DNA of 64,000 nt, taken from the NCBI GenBank assembly GCA_951406725.2, contig OX597816.1:45012001-45076000 (forward strand), read 5' to 3'. Source of the DNA: Octopus vulgaris (taxonomy: Eukaryota). The notes beneath the pieces are model-generated. The model worked only from the letters and a program-made list of their open reading frames with translations. It searched no databases and was not told the DNA's origin. Below, piece after piece: positions 51,481 to 64,000 of the stretch (positions are counted from its first letter, which is position 1; the number at the start of each line of letters is the position of its first letter). The translations under genes were made by a program, and so were the position numbers.

Positions 51481-52479
51481 ATATATATATATATATATAT
51501 ATGTAGGTCCCGGGTTGAGTCGGGGTTAACCACAGTAAATAAGGTACTCAATACATAGCAGAGTAAATTAATATATATATATACAATGGACTTCTTTCAG
51601 TTTCCATCAACTAAATCCAATGATAAGGCTTTAGTCAGCCCAAAATATAGTAGAAGACACTTGGCCAAGGTGCCATGCAGTGAGACTGAACCCAGAATCA
51701 TGCGGTGGGAAGCAAGCTTCTTACCGTCATTTAACATCTGTTTTCCATGCTGGCATGAGTTGGACGGTTTGACTGGAACTGGCCAGCTGGGGTGCTGCCC
51801 AGGTTCTAATTGTCTATTTTGGCATGGCTTCTGCAGCTTCATGTTCCTTCAAACACCACCTTTTTCACAGCATGCATCGGGTGCTTTTCACGTCATACCA
51901 GCATGGGCACGTTTATATGTTAGGCAGCACCAGCATGAGTGATTTTACATGGCACTGTATGAGTATTTTTATGTGGCACCAGAATGAGTATTTTTCACGT
52001 GATACCAGCACCCATGAGCCCTCATAAATAAGGATCTTTTGACTGAAAAAGGGACATAGAGGACATGCCTATATGTAGAGACAGTCAGAGTTTTACTTCA
52101 CTTAATGTCTTCTCAAGCACAGCTACTTACAGAAGATCGGCCATTGACTTTTCTACATTGTTCACTCGGGGCTATCATTCTGCTTCTCTCTACCCTACTT
52201 CAGCATCCTATCTTCTTTCCCTGAGGGAAGGCCGTCGTTTCCCAGGTCTTGTTGATTTTGAATCACATCAATCCTTTTGTAATTGTAATTTTTCCTGGCT
52301 AGAGGTGCTGGCCCAACACAAGCCCATTTATATCTCTGAACAGAGGTGGTCTCTATCAGCCTAGCCTCTATCCACTGACCTAGCTCAGGAGGCCCTGATA
52401 AGCACTTGCATTCTGATGGCTTAGCTCCCAGAGTCATGGAGGCATACAAGCCACTACACCTTAGGGTGGATGTATTCAT

Positions 52480-52925
52480 ATCAGTTTCCCTTTACTCTTT
52501 ACTTTACTTTAGTAATCTACAAAACATCTTCCTACCATCTTGTTGTATCCATGGTTAATATAGTTTTACCGACATTTTGTGATGCATCCTAAATACATTT
52601 ACTACTTCTCTTCTATTTACTTTTGCTAATTCACTTAACTTCCAGTTGAGGATATTACAACTGTAACTAATTACAGGAACATCTAAAGTATTAATACCTA
52701 TTATCATATCTTTGGCATTCAGTTCAGTTTTGAGCAATAATCTAATACATGCATAATTTTATTTCCATATTTGACTGTCGTCTATTGTACCTTTCAAAGT
52801 ATGTGTAATTCTGTCTGTGTTTGAATTCTTGTGTCCTTGTGTATTTATCTAACATGATATTAGTGTTTATTAATTTTTCATCATTTTAAGGTTATGCAGG
52901 TGCATTTTTCCTAACCAAACTTCTC
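52480..52925 (-). mobile_element. R4/Dong-type LINE fragment
   Basis: LKTELNAKDMIIGINTLDVPVISYS..ILNW, homologous to the 39010-39110 region. Confidence 0.7.
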
Positions 52926-54254
52926 GTAAATTGTGCAAAATACACACACACACTCACACAGTACAAGACAAAAGAATACAGTGTAAAATTAATTAATTTA
53001 CTTAGAAAATAATCTTTACACAAGTTTCAGAGACAATTATGTAATGATTACGTAAAACGAATTTTACACAAATTTTCTATGCAAGTCGTTCTGTCATAAG
53101 CATTATTAAAAGTGAGGAACTGTGTATAATGATATAATTTTCCACAAGTTTGGAAGAGATGTAATCTGAGTTTAGTTTAAAGGATCAACAAATAAACTAT
53201 TTGCATTAAGTAGAATGTCAGGTTAAATTATCTAATTTTCTACCTATAGTAGAAAATTTGATAATTTAATAGTAGCATGTTGATATACGCCTCCGTTCAT
53301 CATCAGCTGTTGTTTTTAAAAAGCTCAATTCCCAATCCATGTTGTTTTAGGTTCAGTCCCACTGGGTGGCACCTTGGGCAAGTGTCTTCTACTTTAGCCC
53401 TGGGCTGATCAAACCCTTGAATGTATTTGGAAGATGAAAACTGAAAGAAGCTGGTTATGTGTGATTGTGCATGTGTGCATATATGTATTGTTGTAAAGCA
53501 GTCTTTTGCCACTTTGTGTATCTGTCTTATGATGACGGTTGTCGCTCTGACAGATGTTGTTATATTCCAAAGTTGTCGATTGAATGGTTCTATCAGGCAC
53601 TGTACGACCCCCAGTCATGGAGTGTTATTATCCTCAAACAATTTGGTTTGTTATAATGTCCACTCAGTATCACAGGATAATTACTATATCAACACAGACA
53701 CAACTCTCGACACAGTTAACACTTACTCTCAACCATTACTGGTCTATTTATAATGGCTGGCTACTACCACTTTCTACCAGAAGGAGTGTACAGTTTCACT
53801 ATACAGCATGTATGTCTGAGTTTGTTGCCATTGCCTATCAATGAATCATCAGCCAGCTTTGCTGCCTCAATAACTTCTAACATATGAGATCCCTTGCTTG
53901 AAAAACAGGGAACAGTTAGCAACTGGAAGGACATCTGACTATAAAACAAACATCATTTTTGTCTAAACTATGCTAACATGGAAAAACGTACATAAAAAAT
54001 TTGAATGAAATGTGTATATATTACATACTCGAAATTATGCCAGGTGGTGCTATTAAGTTAGACATGGCCTGGGCCAATACTGGCCAAAACCATTCTAAGT
54101 TATTCTAAGTTATTTATCTTTCTATGTCTATAAACATGTCCACAGCCTGATTGTGCAAAAGAATAAAAGAATACTCAAGCACACACACATACACACATGT
54201 ATATGCACATACATACACACATACGCACATATAGTTCCAAATTTGTATGATATA

Positions 54255-55559
54255 CAGGGTGTGGTGAACAAACTGTCATCTAAATTTCACAAAAATGAAA
54301 ACAACAGTGACATCTCATTTAAACAGATATACACTTTTTACACTCTTTACTCTTTTACTTGTTTCAGTCATTTTCATTGTGGCCATGCTGGAGCACCGCC
54401 TTTAGTCAAGCAAATCGATCCCAGGACTTATGCATTGTAAGCCTAGTACATATTCTATCAGTCTCTTTTGCCAAACTGCTAAGTTATGGGGGCCGTAAAC
54501 ACACCAGCATCGGTTGTCAAGCAATGTTGGTGGGACGAACACAGACACACAACACACAAACATACACATACATACACACAAATATATACATATATACGAC
54601 AGGGTTCTTTCAGTTTCTGTCTACCAAATCCACTCACAAGGCTTTGGTTGGCCTGAAGCTATAGTAGAAGACACTTGCCCAGAGTGTCATGCAGTGGGAC
54701 TGAACCCAGAACCATGTGGTTCATAAGCAAGTTACTTACCACACAGCCACTCATACGCTTATATATATTTACTAAGATTACATAAAAATATCTTGAAATA
54801 CTAAAGAGTAAATTCATTCAATAAAATTGCCATTGGCTTCAACCATGGCCTCCAGACGACTTCAGAATCTCCTGCAGCTCTTCTGGATGATCCCCTTGTT
54901 TCAGTTGGTGAATGCTGCCATAATCCTTGTCTTCAGTTCATCTTTGTTGTTAAAGGAGTTTTGTTGGTCTCTCTCAACTGCGATCTACACATAATAATTA
55001 AGGAGGTTGCAGTTTGGAAAGTTAGGTAGCCAGATGTTAGGCGTGGTGTGGTCGCAGAAATTGTCTGACAGCCGTGACTGGGTTCTCCTGCTTGTAGAGA
55101 ATGGTGCAGAGTCCTGTTGGTAGACATAGGATTTCCCAGCAGCTACTCTCTTGAACCAGGGCAGCACTACCTCCTCCAGGCCCTTGATGTAAGCCTCCAT
55201 GTTGGGCGTGAGTCTGTGTGGGAAGGTGAATGGAGGCATAATGTCACCATCACTAGTGATCACTCCAAACATCATGATGTTGACTGGATGTTTGATTTTT
55301 ATCCCTCTTGGTATATGTCCTCAGACTGACACCCAGACACTCTGAAATGTTTGTATTGGAGCTTCTGGTATGAATGCCAAGCAGTACAGCATGTCATTTC
55401 CAAATTTCTGGCAAAGGAAATTGCATCATGGGGCTGATTTTCTCAGAGACAGTTCTCAACTGACCCTACTATACTGTGTAGCCAACAAAATTAAAAAGAA
55501 ACTATACACATGCGCAAAATAAAAAAATATAAAATGGCAACAATTTACCCATCGCTCTG
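54255..55559 (-). mobile_element. Deleted Tc1/mariner element of DD37D (maT) type, interrupted by SINE A
   Basis: TA-flanked imperfect TIRs (CAGGGTGTGGTGAACAAA / CAGAGCGATGGGTAAA). ORF 54985-55275 has QQDSAP followed by 37 residues and then N(D)YYV. Confidence 0.8.
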
Positions 55560-57021
55560 TATATATTCTGCACAGGCTGATCCAAAGAGCTAATGAGTAA
55601 TCAAGAGGTACAGAGAATGCAAAGCAAGAGAGCTAATCAATGGTGACAGCTAAGGAAGATAGAAAAGCTAGTTTCTGCAATGGTTGAGAATTTAATACTG
55701 CAACAAGGAAAGGGATCTTGTACTTTGTCGCTTAAACACAAATGAAATCAAGTTAGGACCTGACCTATAGACTGTACGCTGGAGATATACTTAACTTTCA
55801 TATATCTATATCTCCAAAAGGATTTTTCAGACCAATATGACCAATTTTTACAAGCTGTTAATTATAACTTTAAGTAATAAAAAGAATTATTTCACGTTGT
55901 CCCGAAAGTCTTTCTTTCTTTACTTTCTTTACTTGTTTTAGTCATTTGGCTGCGGCCATGTTGGAGCACCACCTTTAGTCAAGCAAATCGATCCCAAGAC
56001 TTATTCTTTGTAAGCCTAGTACTTATTCTATTGGTCTCTTTTGCCGAACCGCTAAGTTACGGGGACCTAAACACACCAGCATCAATTGTTAAGCGATGTT
56101 GGGGGAACAAACACAGATACACAACATACACACACACACACGCACACACACAAACACACACATGCATATACGATGGGCTTCTTTCAGTTTCCATCTACCA
56201 AATCCACTCACAAGGCTTTGGTCGGCCCAAGGTTATAGTAGAAGACACTTGCCCAAGGTGCCACACAGTGGGACTAAACCCGGAACCATGTGGTTGGTAA
56301 GCAAGCTACTTACCACACAGCCACTCCTGTGCCTAGTATAAAATTTTTATGATATCAACAACATACAATTCTCACTTGTAGGAATAAAGTTTCAAAAGCG
56401 ACTAGAGAAATTCAAAGAATTGCTTTGGTCTAATGTAGGACATTAGTCATATCTATGGAAGATAGAGGTTTGAGTTCTATGGGCAGCTTTTGACTTCAAT
56501 CCATAAAGGTTTTTTTTAGCCTAAGAATTACAGGCCACTATTTATAACCCTATGTCTACTTCGAGATCCACTATTCCCCAAAATAATCACACATAGGTGC
56601 AGGAGTAGCTGTGTGGTAAGTAGCTTGCTTACCAACCACATGGTTCCGGGTTCAAGCCCACTGCGTGGCAACTTGGGCAAGTGTCTTCTACTATAGCCTC
56701 AGGCCGACCAAAGCCTTGTGAGTGGATTTGGTAGATGGAAACTGAAAGAAGCCCGCTGTATATATGTATATGTATATATATGTGTGTGTGTTTGTATGTC
56801 TGTGTGTCCCCCTAACATCACTTGACAACCAATGCTGGTGTGTTTACATCCCCGTAACTTAGCTGTTCAGCAAAAGAGACCAATAGAATAACTACTAGGC
56901 TTACAAAGAATAAGTCCTGGGGTCGATTTGCTCGACTAACGGCAGAGCTCCAGCATGGCCACAGTCAAATGACTGAAACAAGTAAAAGAGTAAGAGTATA
57001 CATACATACATACATACATAC

Positions 57022-59630
57022 AAGTTTTCTTCCAACCCATAAGCATTATACAGAGAGATGAGGAAGGAAAACATTACCATTAAGGAAGCTCCCTCCCACA
57101 AGGTCTACAATGATTCTGGCCAAAAATTTGGAACGAAAAAAGGGATTTCAGCCTGAATGCATCATGGTTAAATACAGCTGAGAAAGTATACTGTACCAAC
57201 ACTAAGAGTAAAACATACAAAATTGATGCAGAAACCTTCGCTATAGCAGTAGGCAAACTGCAGAGTGGAAAGGCACCTGGAAGGGAACTAATAGCTGGAT
57301 ATTGGTACAAGAAGCTGACATTTTATAGAAAGCAATTGATGTGTATGTTCAAAAGGACTATGGAAGGTCAGACTGATATACCAATTTGGCTTGCTACAAC
57401 AAGGACGAATCTTGTTGCCAAAAATGAAATCACTGAGCTGGCTGGAAACTACAGGTCCATTGCTTGCTTAAACATTATGTAGAAACTGTACACAAGTTGC
57501 CTCAACCAACTCCTCCGGACCATTGTGAGTTGAACAACATTGTGACTGCTGAACAGGCTTGTGGAAAGAAGGAAGTGTGGGTGGGGGTAGCCAAACAACA
57601 ATAAACGAAGCTATTCTGTCTGAAGTAAGAAAACAATGCAGATACCTTGTGACAGTGAGGGTTGGCTGTAAGAAGGCATTCGATTCTATCCCTCATTCAT
57701 GGCTGTTGAAGTGCCTACATCTTGCAAAGGCACCTACTACCTTAATTGCTGCTATAGAGAGATTCACAAAGACATGGACAACTATTCTTACCCTTACAAC
57801 TGAGAACAGAATAATTGTTTTTGATAGTATAGGCATTTCAAAAGGAATATTCCAAAGAGATAGTCTTTTTGTACTTCTTTTCATTTTGGCACTGAATCTA
57901 TAATCATTCCTACTGCAGGCAACAAATGGTTACTTGCTAGGATCTTCAACTGTTAGAAATATCAATGGAATTCATAATTTCTTTGTAGATGACCTGAAGA
58001 TTTATGCTTAAAGTGTTAACAATGCCAGCAAGTACTGGAATTAATAACATTTTCAGCTGATATAGGCATGGAATTTGGTCAAAAGAAATGTTCGTATTTG
58101 GTTATAGAACAAAGAAAGTCAGTTCTCCCAAACCCAAAACCTGTGCATCAATGGTCTCTCTATCTCCACCATTCCACACAAAGAATGTTACAAGTACCTA
58201 GGCACAGATGAAAATATATCATATGAAAGCACTGTGAATAAAGGTAGAGTGACCTGAGAATATTACACCAGACTTAGGAAAATATGGCAGTCGGAACTCT
58301 CCTCTTACAACAAAACAATATCCCACAATGTATTTGCAGTACTAGCGCTGATCCCAACATTTTGGATACTTGATTAGTCTGTAGAGAAAATCCATTCCAT
58401 AGATATCAAAACCTGCAAAATCTTGACAACAACTGGGAACCTCCACAGAAACAGTGATGTTGACAGGCTCTACTTAAGAAGAAATGAAGATGTTAGAGGC
58501 TTGAAATCAGTGCAGATGGCCTTCGAATGACATATGGTATCACTCAGGCAGAACCTGCTAAACAACAGCAGTAAAAATAAATATATTAATGCAGTCCTGA
58601 AAAGTGAAGTGAGCAACATTACACAAGTTGGTAGTGAACCCCTCAAGAAACACTCTCTTCCTGATGATCTCCTGTACAGCCCCAAAACAGCTGGGCTCTC
58701 TTACCTCAGAGAATACCTGGGTAGAAAGCACTAAACATACAAAAAAAGACAATGCATGGGTATGAAGATAGATAGTAGAAAGGACACGAAGCACAGACTC
58801 TCTTGGACACAAGACCACTACATCACATCACACTTTGATGGCTATTTGTTAGCAATCCAGGAACAGGAAATTGCCACAAAGTACCAGGTGAACAAGATAG
58901 ACAGTGACGCTCTTGTAATCCCAAGGTGAAACTGAATGTGTAGGCTATGTCACTTTTCTGTGGAAGGCATTACGCATGTGATTAGCAGCTGTCCTAAAAT
59001 GTCGTCACGTTACTACTTCCATATGTGGCATGATGTTGTTGCTAAAACAATTTACAATGCTATCCGCAAAAAAGACTGTCCTAAAATAAACTGTTATTCC
59101 TCTGTTATGGAATATATTCATAAACACTAACTCAAGGAATACTGGTGAAATATTCCTATCAAAACTTCTGTCAAATGTAAGCATAACAGGCTGGATATTG
59201 TTGTTTGGGACAAAGGGGCAAAGGTATGTACCGTTATAGAGGTAAGCTGCCCTGCAGATGTAAACATCTCTTTGAAAATCAAAGGAAAAGAGGCTGTCTG
59301 TGGACAACTGCTTTGAAACCTTCAGCTTCTATATCCAGACTATGAGTTTATATTCATACCAATAATAATTGGAGCACTAGGTTTTGTTAGTAAATGCTTA
59401 ACGGAGAATCTGGATAAACTGGGATTTTCAGAAAGAGAAATTGACTGGCTGATTCATACATTATAAGTCCAATTTGTGAGTGGAACAGTAAAAATATGCA
59501 AGACATTTCTCAAGTTCCAAATGTGAATTTGTCTGTGTTAGCTACATTCCAAAGATGGAGCCTTGTATCTTTGTTGGAAACTGGCTTCCTCTTCAGTGGA
59601 AGATTTATAATAATTAAAAAAATAGAAGAG
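57022..59630 (+). mobile_element. Degenerate R4/Dong-type LINE (RT, CCHC, RLE) flanked by (CATA)n
   Basis: NYRSIACLN, KKAFDSIPHSWL, KGIFQRDSL, FVDDLK, GMEFG, CRLC..EGITHVISSC, HD and LDIVV motifs with many stops. Confidence 0.85.
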
Positions 59631-60541
59631 ACATACATACATACATACATACATACATACATACATACATACATACATACATACATACATACAAACAACG
59701 AAACATACAAAACTGCACATATACATAGAAAAATACCCTGTTGATGTTTTTGAAATTCCAGTGAAGGCACCTTGAATCTAGGTTAGAAACCAGCTCTTTT
59801 TCTATTGACAAGAAATCTTGAAATAAAACTGAATAATGTCATATATGCATACATACATATATACATACACACACACACACACATACATACATACACACAA
59901 TACATACATACATACACACATACATACATACATACATACACACACACATACATACATAATACATACATACATACATCCATACACACATATGGTCTCCAGT
60001 TGTTAGTCATCTGTAGCATTCAGTTTGAGTTCCTCAATATACAAACGGTTAAATGTTCCATCCAGTTTCATTATATCTGCATTCTGCCTTCCATGCAGTA
60101 TCATTGTTGTTTAGCTTCATATCAACCATGATCCAGTAGACCCATGGTCAAAAATTTTCCAACTCCAACCATTCTACCTCTCTTTCTCATTTTTAGGATG
60201 ATAGTGTGACTTGAAGATTTGACTGTAATCTCTAGCTGGTTAAGCAACAACATACAAAACTGCTTCTCAGAGGTTTATGATTATCACCAATTTATCAACA
60301 CCCAGCTTTTACTAACACTCAAACCCTCTTTTCTGTAGAACAGAGAAGTCAGTTTACAACACCCATTTCTCTGAAGATTTTCTGAAGGTGTCCTGGCTAC
60401 AAAATATTGAAATACAAAGGAAAAGTACAAACCAATGACTTGTATTATTTTTTATAACTTGCATTGTTTCAACTTTATAAAATAAAAATTGAATATAAAA
60501 TAGGCTACAAAAAATTGCTGCTAACAGGTTGATCGCCAATC

Positions 60542-60927
60542 TTTTGGAGAAAGTCTATGAAAAGTGAAACTATTTGTACAGCAACTTCCGTAAAAAGTTT
60601 TTATTTCTTTAATTTTTTTCCAGTTGAATCACTTATGTTGATGTATTTGTTGTGTATATATATGTATGTGTTTATGTGCAAGTGTGTATATTTGTGTATG
60701 TATGTGTAACACATACATACACAAGTATATATACATGCACATAGGCACTTACATACATATACTTACATAAACAAATATACATACACACACAAACACGTAC
60801 ATACATGCATACATAGACACATACATACATAAACATAAGCGATTCAACTGAAAAAATTAAAGAAATAAAAAAAGTTTACGGAAATTTCAGAACAAATCAT
60901 TTCATTTTCCAATGGCTTTCTCCAAAA
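60542..60927. repeat. Palindromic MITE-like element with approximately 100-bp arms around microsatellites
   Basis: TTTTGGAGAAAG...CAGTTGAATCACTTATG versus CATAAGCGATTCAACTG...CTTTCTCCAAAA. Confidence 0.7.
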
Positions 60928-60976
60928 AAAAATGTCTATGACAACTTGCACATAAGTCATTTCATCACTATACGGA

Positions 60977-61151
60977 CAGCAGTGTAGCTAGGAGAAAGGC
61001 AATTGTGGTACTCCCCACTGGGAAACACTTTTAATAGGGGTGGTACTTTTACATCTGCTGTATAAACTTGTATAGATTCAAGGGCCCAGGGACCCAAAGC
61101 AGGCAAACTCAAGGGCTGCACTGGATGGCACACACTCTAGGTACACCACTG
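60977..61151. mobile_element. hAT-type MITE
   Basis: TIRs CAGCAGTGTAGCTAG / CAGTGGTGTACCTAG; 8-bp flanks TATACGGA / TATATAGA. Confidence 0.55.
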
Positions 61152-61663
61152 TATATAGAATATCAAAACAACATGTGACATGTAGTACACAAGTTGGAAA
61201 TACTTTTGGAAATTAAGACAATTAAAAGATGCATCTATCGCCCTTCCCACCACCCTCTTTGTCTTCAGTAACTATATAAAATTTTCCCTGTTGTAAGGGA
61301 TCTCATTTGTTTATAAGACATTGTTTTGAGTGGTATTCCATTTACTTATAATTATTGAATCAATAGCAATATATTTCAGAGTTATGAAGTCACAACCTCA
61401 ATCAATAGTCGATCTGGGCTATCTTATTATTATTATTATTATTATTAGCATGCCAGGCAAAATGCTTCGTGGCATTCCGTCCATTTTTACGTTCTGAGTT
61501 CAAATTCCGTTAAGATTGACTTTACCTTTCATCCTTTCGGGATCAATAAATTAAGTAACAGTTGAGCACTCAGGTCAATGTCATCACTTAATCCCTCCCA
61601 CCAAAATTGCTGGCTTTGTGCCAAAATTTGAAACCATTATTATTATTATTATTATTATTATTA

Positions 61664-62220
61664 TAGACGTTGCACAGTATAAAATATCGTGAGGGTGTTG
61701 ATTAAAAATTTTGTACCTACCCGGGGTTTGTACTGTTTGGCAATTCACAACAAGGACCTCAGACAGACAGTACTTTATGCTATTCTTGTATGCAGTCCGA
61801 AGTAATGCCAACTTTTGAAAACACCTAGATTGTAGAGTATTTCTGAAGTTTACAGATGTTTTTTTCAGATTGGATGGTATAGAACCCAATGCTCTGAAGA
61901 TAATAGGAGTAACCTTTATGTATAACTCTCGTAGCTGCCACATCTTAGTGATCTCAATTCTCAGGTCTCCATATTTATCAACCTTTTCTCTTTCTTTTAT
62001 GATGATATGTTGATCTCCTGGCACGGCCATGTCAATTATTAGGCACTCTTGTATGTCCCTCCTAAAGGTTACTTACTATATCTGGCCTTCAGTGTTCTAA
62101 CAACTTGTCTGTCTGGAAGTCAAAGTCCCAGAGGATTTTTGCCTTCCCCTTTTCATTCATTACTTTTTCCAGTGTATGTTGGTACCAAGCACTCGTAACC
62201 TCATATCCATATTTATGGCA
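61664..62220 (-). mobile_element. R4/Dong-type LINE 3' end (RLE domain) in a (TTA)n tract
   Basis: RPDIV, DMAVPGD..KEREKVDKYGDLRIEITKMW; (TTA)n on both sides. Confidence 0.8.
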
Positions 62221-63119
62221 TTATTATTATCATTATTATTATTATTATTGTTATTGGTGGCAAGCTGGCAGAATCATTAGCATGTTGGACAAAATATAGG
62301 CAATTTACAGGTTCTTTATGTTCTGAGTTCAAATATTGTTGAGGTCAACTTTGCCTTTCATTGTCACAGTGTCGATAAACTAAAGTACCAGTCAAGTACT
62401 AATATCAATGAAATCGACTTAACTCCCTCCCTTAACACTGCTGGCCTTGTGTCAAAATCTGAAACCAAAAGTGGTGGGTTGGCAGAACTGTTAGCACACC
62501 ATACAAAATGTTTAGCGGCATCTCATCCATCATTATATTTCAAATTCAAGCTCCACCTTTCATCCTTTCAGAGTCAATAAATTAAGTACCAGTCAGAGGT
62601 CCAACATATAAATAATGACAAGGATGATGATGGAGTGTATGTAATTTGGTGCTATGGCTAAAACGTTTGCTTTGCAGCTACACAGTTCTGGGGGTCAATC
62701 CTATTTTGCAGCATATTGGGCAGGTGTTGTCTTTGGTCACCTCATTTAACTAACACCTCATGAATGCAGTTTGATGAATAGAGACAGAGCAGAATTCCAT
62801 CTTTTTGACATGGAAAAGCATGCATCTTTTCATTATTCCTATTTTTTCATCTTCCTTCCTATACACTTATTCCTTCATCTATCTAATTTTATGATGAAGA
62901 GCTGAAGCGCAAAATATTAATGATATTTCTACTTTCTTCATTTTTAATCTCTTATTGCATCTTGTTTCCATTTTATCATCTGTATTGCTATTTTTATTGT
63001 TAACTTTAGATATATATTTTCATGTGTGTATGTGTAAGATTATATATATAACTGCCTCCGTGCTAGCGCGGAAAGCGGACGTTAAACGATGATGATGATG
63101 ATATATATATATACAGGCA

Positions 63120-64000
63120 GTTGAAAAGGAACAAATGAGTTAATATGTATTAAGAAAATAAAACAAGGTAGAAAATGCTAAAATAATTTCATTATGAAGA
63201 ACATTTTAGTACTGGTTTCAGTCTTTGTGACTTTCTCAACTCAAAATAAAGCATGAAAAGCAATTAAATTGTGGAAAAATTAAGTGAAATGTTTTTAAAA
63301 AATATTTCAATAGTTTTTTAATGCGAGGGATATTGTTTAAATTTTTTGTCTGTCTCTCCTTTTTACTCATGTGAATTCTTGGTAGCAGGTAGTAGTAGTC
63401 TAATATTTGATATGAGTTCTTGGTTTTGATTGTTTAAGCAGCAGTAGTAGTTTAGAAAGGAGTTGGAGGAGGAGAGGAAGAAGAAGAAGAAGAAGAAGAA
63501 GAAGAAGAATGCGGGAGTGGCATGACAGTAGTAGGATGTTGGTGGAATCCTCTTAAATGATCAAGTGACCTAAAAGTGACCAGTTGTGGTTGCAATCGTA
63601 GTGACTGGAATTGTTCTGAATAAATTCATGGGTAGTGACTGTTCTGAATATATCGCTTTTAATATTTGCGTGGGTATTGTTCTAAGACCCTTTTAGTAGC
63701 GTCATCTGAGATGGAAGAATTCAAAAGGGGTTTATATTTTGTGATAAAATATGACTCTTTATTAATGTGCAGACTACAGGTTGCATCGTCCCTGAATTTA
63801 TTGAGGGGAAAAAAATTCTGAAGCTGGAATGTTATTGGCACAAATGTTGATGTGTTCGCTGAATGCTATTGTTTTTGTATTCCCAAATTTTGATCTGGGA
63901 TCTATGCAGAGCCATTCTTTGATGTAGAATATATAGTCAAATGGTACACAGATGCTTTAAAAAAATATCATATCTTTTTGTGTTCCTTTTAACTTGCTTA
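63120..64000 (-). mobile_element. Penelope-like element 3' end (GIY-YIG C-terminus, 3' UTR and hammerhead-like motif)
   Basis: The - strand translates, with frameshifts, to LHQRMALHRSQIK, FSEHINIC and KESYFITKYKPLLN. Motif AG TTGAGAA AGTC acaaa GACT GAAA CCAGTA CT at 63204-63246. Confidence 0.75.

Noticed and set aside
53820-53854. Additional hammerhead-like hits (also about 10580-10630, 37915-38040, 53020-53100)
   Set aside because: Core or stems are too degenerate to distinguish from chance by eye.

Overview
AT-rich, repeat-dense animal genomic DNA; the SINE families, microsatellite load and intron sizes point to a coleoid cephalopod, probably Octopus (inference). One host gene is well supported: CCDC97 on the + strand, with four coding exons (14588-15355, 19056-19101, 20259-20373, 22061-22175; 347 aa) and a probable non-coding first exon and promoter near 1800-1883. 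The rest is mobile DNA. This includes about 20 copies or fragments of one tRNA-derived SINE, two further SINE families, a CR1/L2-type LINE that shares that SINE's 3' stem-loop, and RTE and R4/Dong-type LINE remnants. There are also a near-complete mariner, a DD37D Tc1/mariner, hAT, piggyBac-like and Helitron elements, a Penelope-like GIY-YIG end, and several tandem or inverted repeats. The most notable observation is a short non-coding element joining a tRNA-like Pol III head to a minimal hammerhead ribozyme (24587-25770). It belongs to a wider set of hammerhead-like Penelope-type termini from several sequence families, often in inverted pairs. Most short ORFs in the supplied track are SINE or microsatellite artefacts.
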